Positions 24,138 through 33,849 of a DNA stretch of 36,360 bases are shown here, piece after piece (within the stretch, counting starts at the first letter, position 1; each line of letters begins with the position of its first letter). The stretch covers positions 1 through 36,360 of the IMG/VR virus record IMGVR_UViG_3300020042_005881; one strand, 5' to 3'. The notes beneath the pieces were generated by a model. It was not told the DNA's origin. It saw only the letters and a program-made list of their open reading frames with translations, and did no database searches. A program made the position numbers and the translations under genes. The DNA comes from a virus. Lineage: Duplodnaviria; Caudoviricetes.

Positions 24138-24923
24138 TTAAGAGATGTTGTCTGTGACTGTAAGAATTAACGAAGGAAGAGCAGGAACTGGTGCGCTGGC
24201 CGGCAGTGCTAATATCTCACAACTCGTGTCATCTGTGCTCCAAACCAACTCGAAGTAATCTCCTGCGTTAATTGGTAGAACAAAGTTCCAAGCAGCAGCC
24301 GTCTCTGCATTGTTGCCTTGAATACGCATCTTAGTTGCGCTGTCTGGAATGTCAACGCCGTTGACTCTAGCCCAAATATAAATAGCGCCAACTCCACCAG
24401 CCGTTTTGTGAAGCTGTGCTGAAAACTGAAAGTTATAAATGCCTTCCGTGTCAACGTAAACACGACTATTGGGAGTGCCGGTGTACACGCCAAAAGAAAG
24501 GGCAGTCGTATTCAGCGTCATCGGATACGCCGTGTTGATGACAGCAGCGTTCTGAGTTTGCGTGTCATAAAACGCTCCGTAGCGTTTTCTGCGCACTTCA
24601 GGTGTGGCCGGTGGCAAAATGTCTGCCTGTGCAGTGAACTGCACAAATGGAGGAGAAATGTCTACGTTCTGATTTTCTGGCGACCTCACAGGAGCCAACG
24701 CAAGCAACTCTACTGCGTCAGCCAACCTCACGATAGCCGAGACGGCCTCCTGAGCCCTAGAATCGGCATTCTGTGCGTTTATCGAGGCTTCCTCAATTAG
24801 CGTCGTGTTTGAGTCCAGACTAGAAGGGATCAGGTCGAATAATTGTTCAAAAGCCCGGATCGCACGTTGCGACGGGAGGAACTGGGCCAGTTCGTTTCGC
24901 GTGATCTTAAATGGTCCGGTCAT
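24138..24923 (-). CDS. Tail needle-like protein with C-terminal TNF/C1q-like knob
   Basis: Follows gp10-like gene; helical N-terminus then GIYNFQFSAQL...AGDYFELVW beta domain. Confidence 0.6.
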   Translation of the reverse strand: MTGPFKITRNELAQFLPSQRAIRAFEQLFDLIPSSLDSNTTLIEEASINAQNADSRAQEAVSAIVRLADAVELLALAPVRSPENQNVDISPPFVQFTAQADILPPATPEVRRKRYGAFYDTQTQNAAVINTAYPMTLNTTALSFGVYTGTPNSRVYVDTEGIYNFQFSAQLHKTAGGVGAIYIWARVNGVDIPDSATKMRIQGNNAETAAAWNFVLPINAGDYFELVWSTDDTSCEILALPASAPVPALPSLILTVTDNIS

Positions 24924-26323
24924 ACTGCAAGCGGTTCAACTCTGGCTTCAAGTCTAGCCACAGAAAGCTGGGCGTCGCTGGTGCCACGGAACTTCTGCGC
25001 TCTCCACTGGCGCATACGACCCTGCCGGAGCCATGACAACCGTTTGCCGCGCACGCCGGTCATGCCGGCCTTGCAGACTCGTTCCTGTCCCCAAGTTAAA
25101 CCGTCCTCGGTGTACGATGTCCAGATGCTGGGATCAGCGCCAAAGATTGAGTTGCCGGTGAGGGCGATAAGTTCCAGCTCATGGAAGACGAGGCCCCTGC
25201 TTTCGTTGTACAGAATGATGGTGGCGAACTCCCAGCCATTCAACACACCCCAGTGTGACGATAAAGACTCAGACAGGTAGCCAAACGCAGTGCTTGCCGG
25301 GTCTCCCACGTTCCAGCGGTTATAGGTCCAAACCAAGTTGCGAGCGCGATACTGGGCGTCCCCTACGATGCTAGTTGCCAGCGTAAACCAGACCGGGGCG
25401 CCGGCACCAGTAGTCGCAGCCGCGTCAAACACGAGCGTCTGATTGGGCAGATGGATATACAGTTGTCTATAGCCCTTATCTACGCGGGCCTCAACAAGCA
25501 CGTTAGACAACTCTTCCTCTGTAAATTCAGTAAGCAGTTGGTCAATCTCCCTGGTTGCAATCCGTTCTGCGTTGCTGCCGGAGATCAGCCAAACTGAAGG
25601 TGCCTCGTTCCGGCCGCCACCAATGAACGCGATGGACTCCATGAACACGCAGCAGGCATGAGTGCCGATTGCACCGCGCTGGACCTGGGCACCTTCTACG
25701 CGCTGAAACGGAAACAACTGCCCACCCACGTTGTCAAACACTTCGATAGTGTTCCTGTTGAGCGCATAGACCTCGTTGCGGACCTTCAGGAGGGCCACGA
25801 TAGGGTCAGGATCAGCTTCAGATGAACCGTACTTGAGCGGATTCACTGAGAACGGATCATTCAGTTCCGTGACGATCAAGAACTCTCCGTCAGTCGTCAT
25901 GAAGTAGCCATCCACCCAGACGACATCGACGACAGTGCCTAGATCAGGATCAGTGACCTGTTGCAGCCCTGTGCTTGGACGATAGAGGAACAGGTTTCCG
26001 CTCGATGCGATTGCCAAGTAATCGAACGAGTAATCAAACGTAACCTGTCCCGTGCCACCCACATTGCCTATGACAGTGACGACGTTAGTACTAGAGATTG
26101 ACACCAGATTAGTGCCCATCACGCGGTACAGCAGTCCTTGCCACTCAATCCCACCGCGGTTGATCCCGGGACCAGTGCCTAGGCTTACGATTCCATCAGC
26201 GGGACGGAAGTAGCCATCAGAGATCCCTGACTTGAGTATGACAGGAACCATGTTGCGCGGGTATTCCACGCGGAAATCCCCAGCGGTGCTCGTGTAAATA
26301 CCGTTGAGGATAGGGACTTGCAT
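24920..26323 (-). CDS. Tail hub / packaged DNA stabilization protein, P22 gp10-like
   Basis: 467 aa; YPRNMVPV, DGYF, SEADPDPIV, TIEVF motifs; synteny. Confidence 0.85.
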   Translation of the reverse strand: MQVPILNGIYTSTAGDFRVEYPRNMVPVILKSGISDGYFRPADGIVSLGTGPGINRGGIEWQGLLYRVMGTNLVSISSTNVVTVIGNVGGTGQVTFDYSFDYLAIASSGNLFLYRPSTGLQQVTDPDLGTVVDVVWVDGYFMTTDGEFLIVTELNDPFSVNPLKYGSSEADPDPIVALLKVRNEVYALNRNTIEVFDNVGGQLFPFQRVEGAQVQRGAIGTHACCVFMESIAFIGGGRNEAPSVWLISGSNAERIATREIDQLLTEFTEEELSNVLVEARVDKGYRQLYIHLPNQTLVFDAAATTGAGAPVWFTLATSIVGDAQYRARNLVWTYNRWNVGDPASTAFGYLSESLSSHWGVLNGWEFATIILYNESRGLVFHELELIALTGNSIFGADPSIWTSYTEDGLTWGQERVCKAGMTGVRGKRLSWLRQGRMRQWRAQKFRGTSDAQLSVARLEARVEPLAV

Positions 26324-26469
26324 TACTTCTTCTTGGCAGTCTTCGCAGAAGCCTTAAATGCGGCAGCGGTTGGTGCCCCCTTAGAACCCGGCTTGCGCAT
26401 CTTCTCCTTGCTGCCGGCTTCGATACGTTCGCGTTTAGCTGCGATGTTAGAATAGAGTCCGTCTTTCAT
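26323..26469 (-). CDS. 48-aa basic protein (MKDGLYSNIAAKRERIEAGSKEKMRKPGSKGAPTAAAFKASAKTAKKK)
   Basis: Read manually; ATGA and TAATG overlaps. Confidence 0.75.
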   Translation of the reverse strand: MKDGLYSNIAAKRERIEAGSKEKMRKPGSKGAPTAAAFKASAKTAKKK

Positions 26470-26738
26470 TTGCAGTTCCAGCGTTTAAGTGAAGCAGCCT
26501 TGCGAGTAGGATTGCCCTTCTCGTCCTTCATTGGACCGGGCATCCCGCCCATACGAGCACAGAAAGACTTCTTGCGCCCTTCGTCTGCCTTGGTCTTTGG
26601 ACTTGGAGCAGGAGCCTTGAGATTGCTCCCGGTGGCCGCATTGTACTTGGCCCTGCCCTTTGCTGTAAGCCCGGCCCCTTTGGAGACAGGTAGCTTCTCG
26701 CCGCGGCCAACGGATAGGGAGGTGGATTTACGAGGCAT
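26466..26738 (-). CDS. 90-aa basic protein (GLTAKGRAKY...RKKSFCARM...LKRWNC)
   Basis: ATG at 26738; motif pattern I recognise from small environmental-phage proteins. Confidence 0.75.
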   Translation of the reverse strand: MPRKSTSLSVGRGEKLPVSKGAGLTAKGRAKYNAATGSNLKAPAPSPKTKADEGRKKSFCARMGGMPGPMKDEKGNPTRKAASLKRWNCK

Positions 26739-26871
26739 CTTCAGACAAGTCTCTTTGAAGTTCTTGGATCTCGCAGCCAGCATGGCGCTCGTTGCGATAT
26801 GCCTCTGCCTCTGCTTGGTCTAAAAACTCAACCCAACCAAATTGGTGAACAATGCGGTAAATTGTAGTCAT
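26728..26871 (-). CDS. 47-aa acidic protein (MTTIYRIVHQFGWVEFLDQAEAEAYRNERHAGCEIQELQRDLSEDAS)
   Basis: Read manually; starts 3 nt after upstream stop and overlaps next start. Confidence 0.6.
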   Translation of the reverse strand: MTTIYRIVHQFGWVEFLDQAEAEAYRNERHAGCEIQELQRDLSEDAS

Positions 26872-26874
26872 TGG

Positions 26875-27894
26875 TTAGAAGTAAGGCGTTACAGGAGTAA
26901 TTTTGGAGTAAATAAAGTCCATATTCATCAGCACTGCGGTGCCGGTTGTGCTGACACGGGTGATGTGCGAAAGAAAGAACATTCTCGCTATCGGTATGTT
27001 TGTGTCGTGCGTTGCAACAATTGCGCCATCAATTTTTGCAACAACCTCAGTTCCAGCAGCATTGATGAGGATTTCCATTGCTTGAAATGTTCCGTTTGAA
27101 AATGAAACCCCAGTGTTTGTTGCAGCTTCTACCCCACCTGACTTGGTCACAAATTCAATGGTTTGGCTATTTACGAGACGGAAGTAAATTGCATTTGAAC
27201 TCTCTCCAGAGGTTGAGGATCCCCAGCCAAATCTTGCTGCGCCTGTCAGAGTTGCATCAAACCATGTTGCTCCATTTTGACCGGCTCTAAAAATTACTCG
27301 CGCACTTGAATTTCCAATCAAAGACGAGTCTCCTGCTTGTGTGAGCCTAGACTGTTGGTTTGCTACTGCTCCTGCTCCAGTGGACATGGAAGCCACACCA
27401 TAGCCAGTTAAAACCATAACAGTGACTCCTCCAGTGTTTGCAAATGCAAGGTTTCCGCTAAGTGAAGTGTTTGAAAGGAAATGCTCAAAAAACTCAAGGT
27501 AAGTGCCAGCAGCAGGTGCTCCTCCAACAGCAGCAAGGGTAATGGTTCCAGGCCCATTCGTGATGGTCACGTTTGTGCCAGCAGTCAGCGTGGTCTTCGC
27601 CAGCGTGTTGCCAGTGCTGTTTCCGATCAGAATCTGTCCATCTGTGTAGGTCGTCTGCCCAGTCCCGCCAGAACCAACAGCAAGCGTAGCACTTAGTCCC
27701 GCAGCAGTGCCTGTCGTGTTCTGATTCAAAGCAGGAACGTCTCCTGCCTGAATGGCAGACATCACAACGTCAGATCCATTCCCTCTCAGGTATTGACCTG
27801 AAGTTGTAGCGCCAGCGAGGTTGTCCATTGCCGCCTGCCTGCTTGCAGACTGGAGGAAAGAGTCGATGTCAGAAGAAACTGTAAGGTCAGCCAT
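26875..27894 (-). CDS. Fibre-like virion protein with C-terminal beta-sandwich domain
   Basis: GQYLRGNG, LNQNTTGTA, LAVGSGGTG fibre-type motifs; Thr/Gly-rich. Confidence 0.7.
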   Translation of the reverse strand: MADLTVSSDIDSFLQSASRQAAMDNLAGATTSGQYLRGNGSDVVMSAIQAGDVPALNQNTTGTAAGLSATLAVGSGGTGQTTYTDGQILIGNSTGNTLAKTTLTAGTNVTITNGPGTITLAAVGGAPAAGTYLEFFEHFLSNTSLSGNLAFANTGGVTVMVLTGYGVASMSTGAGAVANQQSRLTQAGDSSLIGNSSARVIFRAGQNGATWFDATLTGAARFGWGSSTSGESSNAIYFRLVNSQTIEFVTKSGGVEAATNTGVSFSNGTFQAMEILINAAGTEVVAKIDGAIVATHDTNIPIARMFFLSHITRVSTTGTAVLMNMDFIYSKITPVTPYF

Positions 27895-27896
27895 AA

Positions 27897-28049
27897 CTAG
27901 GGTCTAATGTAGTCTGAAGTGCCGTCAGGGCGTTTGTAAGTGTCCACTCCACCGGGACGCAGGTAAGTGAACGTCACTGGAGGAGGAGGTGTAACCCCTC
28001 CAACAGTAGCGGGCGTCTTTGACCGGCGTCTGGAGAGGAACCGAATCAC
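27897..28049 (-). CDS. 50-aa protein (MIRFLSRRRSKTPATVGGVTPPPPVTFTYLRPGGVDTYKRPDGTSDYIRP)
   Basis: Read manually; GTGA overlap upstream, 2-nt gap downstream; three YxRP repeats. Confidence 0.65.
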   Translation of the reverse strand: MIRFLSRRRSKTPATVGGVTPPPPVTFTYLRPGGVDTYKRPDGTSDYIRP

Positions 28050-28345
28050 AGGCCAATTCCTTGGAGGATGTGAAGTGAACCGGCGCCACCAGGGGAGATG
28101 AACGAGACAGTGTCGTCGTCCTGATCCTTGCCAATGCTCACCTGCGAGCCCACCAGCACCGGGTAGCCCGAGGTTGTGGCTGGTGCCCCGGTGGCCGCAT
28201 TCCCAACACGGACATAGACCACAGTGGCGCCAAGATTGGTGAACACCACAGATTCAGAGGTGAATCCCAGAGTGACAGAAGCTGAAGTGACATTCGGCGT
28301 GACGGTGACGCCGAGGCTGTAAGCAGGTTGAAAAGCAAGTCCCAT
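28046..28345 (-). CDS. Putative virion protein, 99 aa, beta-rich
   Basis: ATG at 28345; located in head-tail module. Confidence 0.7.
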   Translation of the reverse strand: MGLAFQPAYSLGVTVTPNVTSASVTLGFTSESVVFTNLGATVVYVRVGNAATGAPATTSGYPVLVGSQVSIGKDQDDDTVSFISPGGAGSLHILQGIGL

Positions 28346-28356
28346 AAATTTAGTAG

Positions 28357-28803
28357 TTAGCCAACACGATACCAAGTCTTGAGCACAGGCTCAAATTTGA
28401 GCCTAAAGAATCCTCCAGACACAATGGTCGTCGGAGCGCCAACAATTGACGCGCCATTCACATTCACAGTCAGTGTTGTAACCGTCTGTGAACTGGCCGC
28501 AAGAATCTCCTGATTCTCAACACAATTCGCCACAGCAGGGAGCACAAGTGTGCCGGCAGCAAGTGTGCCGCTAGGAGTCAACACAAGCCACACACTGGCG
28601 TCTCCGTCTAGGATATTGACAGTAAACCCTGTGGAGGTAGGTCCAGCGTACTGGATAACCTTCCCGTCCCCAGTGGCCCCAGTAGCCTGCACATAGTCAG
28701 CCACTGTGCCGGCAAGAACCCGATAGTCTTGGTTGTTGACGTTTACAGCAAAATTGGTCGATCCCGTGATCGTGTCGATTAGTGAAAGTCGTTCAATGGA
28801 CAT
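28357..28803 (-). CDS. Putative virion protein, 148 aa
   Basis: LTPSGTLAAGTLVLP and WYRVG motifs; follows gp4-like gene. Confidence 0.7.
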   Translation of the reverse strand: MSIERLSLIDTITGSTNFAVNVNNQDYRVLAGTVADYVQATGATGDGKVIQYAGPTSTGFTVNILDGDASVWLVLTPSGTLAAGTLVLPAVANCVENQEILAASSQTVTTLTVNVNGASIVGAPTTIVSGGFFRLKFEPVLKTWYRVG

Positions 28804-28804
28804 A

Positions 28805-29287
28805 CTAGGAGTTCCTGAAAAGGATTTGGCCGTTAGGCAGCACTTGTATTGGATCTAAATTTGGCATGTTCACAAATACACGCTCTGTGCGCTTGTATCG
28901 AGCCCCAAGTGGCAGGTTTCTATCGTACTGCAACTCAATTGGAGCCGCTGCTTGAATTAAAAGCTGATCGTATGTCAGCTTCGCGTTGGACTTAGTGTCA
29001 GGAGACAACGACTTTCCGTAAGCGGGCGCTAGGCGAACTGCGAGGTTAAGCACCAAAGCCTCGTTGGCTTGCATCGGCGTATCAACCTCTTGGTCGATAT
29101 TGCTGTTCTGCGGACTAATCGGCAAAGGATACCCAATACGGATGTTCTTCAGATACCAAGAAGCCACCATCAGATCAAGGCGCCTTAGTGCGCTCTCTAG
29201 CTGATCTGGGGTCAGATCAAAGATGTACGACGCAAGGCCCATTTCCTCAAAGGCCTGCTCAATGATCTGTTTCTTGGTGTAGCCCAT
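28805..29287 (-). CDS. Head-tail adaptor, P22 gp4-like
   Basis: TKKQII..AF, ALRRLDLMVASW, IGY, NLAVRLAPAYG. Confidence 0.85.
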   Translation of the reverse strand: MGYTKKQIIEQAFEEMGLASYIFDLTPDQLESALRRLDLMVASWYLKNIRIGYPLPISPQNSNIDQEVDTPMQANEALVLNLAVRLAPAYGKSLSPDTKSNAKLTYDQLLIQAAAPIELQYDRNLPLGARYKRTERVFVNMPNLDPIQVLPNGQILFRNS

Positions 29288-29288
29288 A

Positions 29289-29597
29289 CTATTTGAGTGC
29301 TTCTTCGATTAGCTGCGCGATTTTCTTATCAGAAAACCTGCCATCAAACTTAATGCCAAGCTGAGTAGCTTTTTCTTCAAGCTCCTGACGAGTAGGCGGT
29401 GCAATGTCATCTGTCTTTACAGCCTCCACTGTTGCTTCAACCTTTTTAGGCTCAATTGCTTCTGGCAATGTGCAAAACCAGCCATCTTTGAGCCTCACCT
29501 CTAGCTCTTCAGCGTTTTTGACGCCTGCGAAATCGTATGTTCCGTACGGGCGCACATGCTTCCCGGGAACCCTGTAAACTATCGTGGGATATTCCAT
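29289..29597 (-). CDS. Head-associated hypothetical protein, 102 aa
   Basis: Between coat and gp4-like genes; C-terminal TRQELEEKATQLGIKFDGR helical motif. Confidence 0.7.
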   Translation of the reverse strand: MEYPTIVYRVPGKHVRPYGTYDFAGVKNAEELEVRLKDGWFCTLPEAIEPKKVEATVEAVKTDDIAPPTRQELEEKATQLGIKFDGRFSDKKIAQLIEEALK

Positions 29598-29611
29598 TCC
29601 CAGATTAATTA

Positions 29612-29649
29612 CACAAAAGGGAGGGTGGAGTCAACCACCCTCCCCTGTG
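29612..29649 (-). terminator. Rho-independent terminator after coat gene
   Basis: GGGAGGGTGG-TTGACT-CCACCCTCCC-TTTT on minus strand. Confidence 0.85.
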
Positions 29650-29666
29650 CAATTAAGGACTAAACC

Positions 29667-30944
29667 TTAGGGCTGGTTGAACAGGATGATCCCTGTCATT
29701 TCGGGCTGCTTGTTGACGACACCGAAGATCGTATCCAAACGGTAACGAGTCTTCATGGTGTTGATGTCGTACTGCTTCTGCATGACCAGTTCGATGCCCT
29801 GATCGGTGGAAGCACGCATCACGTTTGCGCCGGCGTCCGTAGGCACTGCGTAGCGACCCGGGAGGATCTCAATCGCGTCCTTCTGCCAGAAGCAGTTGAT
29901 AGGAGCTGCCGCAGTGTTCATGAACACGATGGCGCTGGTCGCAGACTTCACGTTCACCACACAGTTCTGGTACTCAGCCGTGGCGGCTGTGTCGTTCTCA
30001 GACTGGTTGGAGGTAATAGGAGGGCTGATAACCAGCGAGACGCCACCAGCGGGCACGCTGATGACCCGGAAGGTCTTCAACTGACCAGTGTCCTGCTTGG
30101 TGATGTGATGCACTGCATTGACGCCGGCGATGGTAAAACAATCGCCCACAGCAACATTGGTGCTGCTAGACACTGTCACCGTCTGGTAACGGTTGTCCAC
30201 GTTGAGACGCTCAGAAGTCGTCGGGGACGAAGTTACAGCCTGAGGAATATAAGCATTCGCACCGGTTGAGGTGTTGATCGTGATGCTGCCACCGCCAGCG
30301 GCCACACCAATACGGTTTGCGTAGTCGAGCTTGAAGGTGTCGAAGCTCGCAACCTGGCCGATGAAGGCACGGTCATAAGCAGTCAACGTCTTACCCTGAA
30401 GCGTCTGACGACTAGCAAGGTTGCCCGCCATGCCGTTGTAGTCACGAGTGGACAGCGCCAAATAACGGCTATCGAAGTTCACGCCCTGCTCGTTGAAGAT
30501 GGCTTCGCACTGGGCGACATCATCAAAACCGCTAGCAGCAGCGAGACGCTTCACAACGAGCGTGCCCTGCGAGGAGGCCACGTTCATCACGGCGACGTTG
30601 ATGTCGGACGCGAGCTTCTGCTTGGCCGAATCACCAAGGCGCTGTTCCTGAAGAGCATCACGCAGTTCAGTCGCAGTCATGATCCACGGCACAGACTGGT
30701 TGAACCCGATTGTGGCGGGTACAGCAAGCTGCGTGTAATCAAGGAAGTTCGCGGTCATATCAGTGCCCGAGTACGAGCGGCTGATATAAGGCTGCGGACG
30801 CCAGATGGTGTTGTTGGTGCGCTCCATCATCGTCTGATCTGTGGTGTAGATCGAGACGTTGCGGGACAGGACAAGGGCGTCTTGGAAACCTTCAAGGAGG
30901 TTTTCAAAAGCTACCCGTTCTTCTTTACTAAATGCGTTAGCCAT
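29667..30944 (-). CDS. Major capsid protein, P22 gp5-like
   Basis: 425 aa; IWRP, KLASDIN, GDCFTIAGV, RLDTIFGV...PEMTG; follows scaffold, followed by terminator. Confidence 0.92.
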   Translation of the reverse strand: MANAFSKEERVAFENLLEGFQDALVLSRNVSIYTTDQTMMERTNNTIWRPQPYISRSYSGTDMTANFLDYTQLAVPATIGFNQSVPWIMTATELRDALQEQRLGDSAKQKLASDINVAVMNVASSQGTLVVKRLAAASGFDDVAQCEAIFNEQGVNFDSRYLALSTRDYNGMAGNLASRQTLQGKTLTAYDRAFIGQVASFDTFKLDYANRIGVAAGGGSITINTSTGANAYIPQAVTSSPTTSERLNVDNRYQTVTVSSSTNVAVGDCFTIAGVNAVHHITKQDTGQLKTFRVISVPAGGVSLVISPPITSNQSENDTAATAEYQNCVVNVKSATSAIVFMNTAAAPINCFWQKDAIEILPGRYAVPTDAGANVMRASTDQGIELVMQKQYDINTMKTRYRLDTIFGVVNKQPEMTGIILFNQP

Positions 30945-30947
30945 ATA

Positions 30948-31799
30948 CTAGGATTGGTTTTTTAACTGACGTTTGTAAGCGATAACTTTCGTCATGTCGC
31001 CGGTGCGCGCTGCTTCTTCACGCAACCGTTCCAACTGAGCGTTGGACGAGTCAAGACTACCGTTTCCGTTAATCTTTTTTTCAGGAGGAGGAGCTTGTTT
31101 TCGAGAGGTCACAGTCAATTGGGTTTCTAGTTTTGCTACAGCAAAGGCGAACTTAACGGGATCAGTAATCTCGCCCAGTTCTTTTGCTTTCTTTGGATTC
31201 TTACCCAAAGCATACACAACTATTGCCGGGTTTTGAGCGCCCTGAAGAATGATTCCCTGTTGAGTAATACTCAGAGTTTCAAGAACAGTTTCTTCAGCAT
31301 CTTCAAAATCAGAAACTTTTAATCCAGATTTAGACTGGGTATAGCCTTCCAACTTCTTTTGCCAAGATTCCTGTTCCACCTGCTGCTTGAGTCTTTGCTT
31401 GGCATCAGTCTCTTCAGACTGTCGCTTTCGCTCAAACCAACCAGCAAGTTCGTTCTCGAACTTATCTGAATCGTAATCACAGTCCTCAAGTGTCGGTTTC
31501 TTGCCAGTGACAACAGGATTATGCTCTGGTGCTGGATTAACCGCCTTGAGTTTTTCCTCAAGTTCGCGCTTTTCACGCTGCAACTCTCGGTAGTTCTTTC
31601 TCAGGTTACGCACCCATTCGGGCGCCTGCTTCTCTTCCTCTTCCTGGGGTGGCGATTCCCCTGCAATAATAACTACAGTTTCGTCTCCGGGATCTTCAGT
31701 TTTCTCAGGCTCTGTATTTTCTACAGCCTCTGTTACGACTTCAATCTTATCGAATGCTTCTGCTGTTGCCTTATCATCTGCCGGTGTGGTGCTATTCAT
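30948..31799 (-). CDS. Scaffolding protein
   Basis: Acidic N-terminus, coiled coil, KPTLEDCDYD, C-terminal TGDMTKVIAYKR; between portal and coat. Confidence 0.85.
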   Translation of the reverse strand: MNSTTPADDKATAEAFDKIEVVTEAVENTEPEKTEDPGDETVVIIAGESPPQEEEEKQAPEWVRNLRKNYRELQREKRELEEKLKAVNPAPEHNPVVTGKKPTLEDCDYDSDKFENELAGWFERKRQSEETDAKQRLKQQVEQESWQKKLEGYTQSKSGLKVSDFEDAEETVLETLSITQQGIILQGAQNPAIVVYALGKNPKKAKELGEITDPVKFAFAVAKLETQLTVTSRKQAPPPEKKINGNGSLDSSNAQLERLREEAARTGDMTKVIAYKRQLKNQS

Positions 31800-31833
31800 A
31801 TGTCTAAAACTGTCTCAGCGCAATAGAAATTAA

Positions 31834-33849
31834 CTATTGCATCGGCTGGGAGGGCTGAGTCAGGCGGTCAGCAAGCGCAAAGATGCGTTCTTGATCGGTT
31901 GTGCTAACCTTAGAAAGCGTCTCAGTCGTCTTGGCCCGCGCCTCTTCTGCCTTAGCCACAGCAAGAATACTGTCTGCCTGCGCTTTAGAAGCCCGTGCAA
32001 TGGCCTCTTCACTGGCTGCTTGCAAGTACTGCGCCTGCGGATCGGGCTGGGCGTTCTGGGCGGCCGCCGCCATCTCCTGCGCTTCTAGCTCTGTAGGTTT
32101 GAGCACTCCCATTGTAAGGAGCTTCTTACGGAAGTACTCGCGCACGTCGCTAATCCCTTCTCCTTCCATGTTGAGCATCGCCATAGCAGAGAGCACTTGA
32201 GTCATCTCCGGGTCCTGAGTCATCGTCATCATGTCAGTGAGCGCCCGGACAGTTGCCTGCCGCTTAGTGGCGCTACTGGGGCCTACAGAGACGACAACGT
32301 CATACTCAGCACTAGACATGTCATTTTCGTACTCAATCTCGCCTTCTTCATTCACCACAGGTTTAAGCAGCTCAATGGGCTCCATCTTACCGGACTCGTG
32401 GATGGTCTTCATCTTGCGGCCTTCCTCGATGAAGATGTCACGGGCGATAGACAACCAAACTTCGCCACAACGTTTCACAGCCTTTGCCATGTTGCTCATG
32501 TAGATGAAGGTCTGCATGTCAAGGCGCTGTTGGATCAACTCCACAGTCTTGCCACTCAAGTGACTAACCATCTTGTCCCCTTGCCCCGGGGAGCCTAGGA
32601 TCTCTTGCATGTCCACTTCAGTTAGCTGAAGCAGAGCAGCCATAGAGGGCGGCAGTGAAGGCGGCTTAGTGTAGGCCACGGGACCAGCCACCATAGGGCT
32701 GCCATTGGCGTCGGTAAGCGTGTTGATGAGGAGGTAAGGGTAGTTCTTGAGGTTATCCTCTGCCCACATCAACTGATGGCCGGCCACCTGTTCAGGGACC
32801 ATGATGGGCTTCTCCATGGCAGAGAGCGCACTGATCTCGCCCAGCTTACTTAGCTGCATGTTCTTAAGGCGCTGCGCATCCTTCGCCAGCCTGACGTGCC
32901 CCATGCACCGCTCTACGTTGTCAACAAACCAACGCTTCCCGTACACAGGGATGATCGGGATGTTTTTGCCGGCAATGTGTCCACAGTCCTCAAGGATCTT
33001 GGCCCCAGACATGATGTACTTACGGACCTTACGGGTCTTGATCTTCTTGCGCCTGACTTCCTTCCAGCCGGTCGCGAGCATCTCTTCTTCTTTGTCGAGT
33101 TCCTCGGGCCTGAGCGACTCTTCTTTGCCGTTGAAGTCCTGATAGATCCTGATCTGTTCAGCGACTTCCTCCACCTTGTAGTACTCAGCGACGTAGACGA
33201 CACTCGGAGTGTACCAGTCGAACTGGGAGCGGGTAATCGTCTTAGGCCAAGTCGAAGGGTCATCGTCGTACTCAGCCTTGTAGGCGTCCATTGTCATGCT
33301 GGTGAGCACGAAACACCGCTTGGCATCTGCCTTATCCTGTCGCTTGGCGCCTAAGTCAAAGTAGACGCTCGAATCGGCATCAAAGATCGGCTCAATGCAC
33401 ACCCGCTGTTTGTCGTCCTCGGGATCTTCTTCGTTCTGATACTCTGTCCTAAGCCGCCACGCCCCGAACCCGCCCATCACAGCCTCTTCAAAGGCGTTAT
33501 CGTAGGCCTCCTCCGCTCCTGAGTCCTGTTCGTCGGCTCGGTATAACCCGGCACAAGTGTCAGCGAGCCTGTCGTACTCTTCTCCTTCCTTGGAGGAGAA
33601 ATTTACTGTGATCCTGTTGTTGCGATACTCGTTAATGATTCGCAGCACCGCCATATGGATCTTATTGACCTCAAACCGTGGCTTGTTCTCGAACTGCTCG
33701 CCAAGAGGGCCTTCCCATTGGGCGCCGGCCAAGGAGCAAAACCTGCGATCCCCCACGCAGTTCATGCGCTCTTGGTACATCGTGCCTTGAATTTGATCGA
33801 ACTCTGCGCGGGCAGCTTGGTGAATTAGGGAAAGTTTGTCTTCAGTCAT
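31834..33849 (-). CDS. Portal protein, P22 gp1-like
   Basis: 671 aa; GAQW, GGFGAWR, IPIIPVYG, GHVRLAKDAQRLKN; Gln/Ala-rich C-terminal barrel. Confidence 0.93.
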   Translation of the reverse strand: MTEDKLSLIHQAARAEFDQIQGTMYQERMNCVGDRRFCSLAGAQWEGPLGEQFENKPRFEVNKIHMAVLRIINEYRNNRITVNFSSKEGEEYDRLADTCAGLYRADEQDSGAEEAYDNAFEEAVMGGFGAWRLRTEYQNEEDPEDDKQRVCIEPIFDADSSVYFDLGAKRQDKADAKRCFVLTSMTMDAYKAEYDDDPSTWPKTITRSQFDWYTPSVVYVAEYYKVEEVAEQIRIYQDFNGKEESLRPEELDKEEEMLATGWKEVRRKKIKTRKVRKYIMSGAKILEDCGHIAGKNIPIIPVYGKRWFVDNVERCMGHVRLAKDAQRLKNMQLSKLGEISALSAMEKPIMVPEQVAGHQLMWAEDNLKNYPYLLINTLTDANGSPMVAGPVAYTKPPSLPPSMAALLQLTEVDMQEILGSPGQGDKMVSHLSGKTVELIQQRLDMQTFIYMSNMAKAVKRCGEVWLSIARDIFIEEGRKMKTIHESGKMEPIELLKPVVNEEGEIEYENDMSSAEYDVVVSVGPSSATKRQATVRALTDMMTMTQDPEMTQVLSAMAMLNMEGEGISDVREYFRKKLLTMGVLKPTELEAQEMAAAAQNAQPDPQAQYLQAASEEAIARASKAQADSILAVAKAEEARAKTTETLSKVSTTDQERIFALADRLTQPSQPMQ

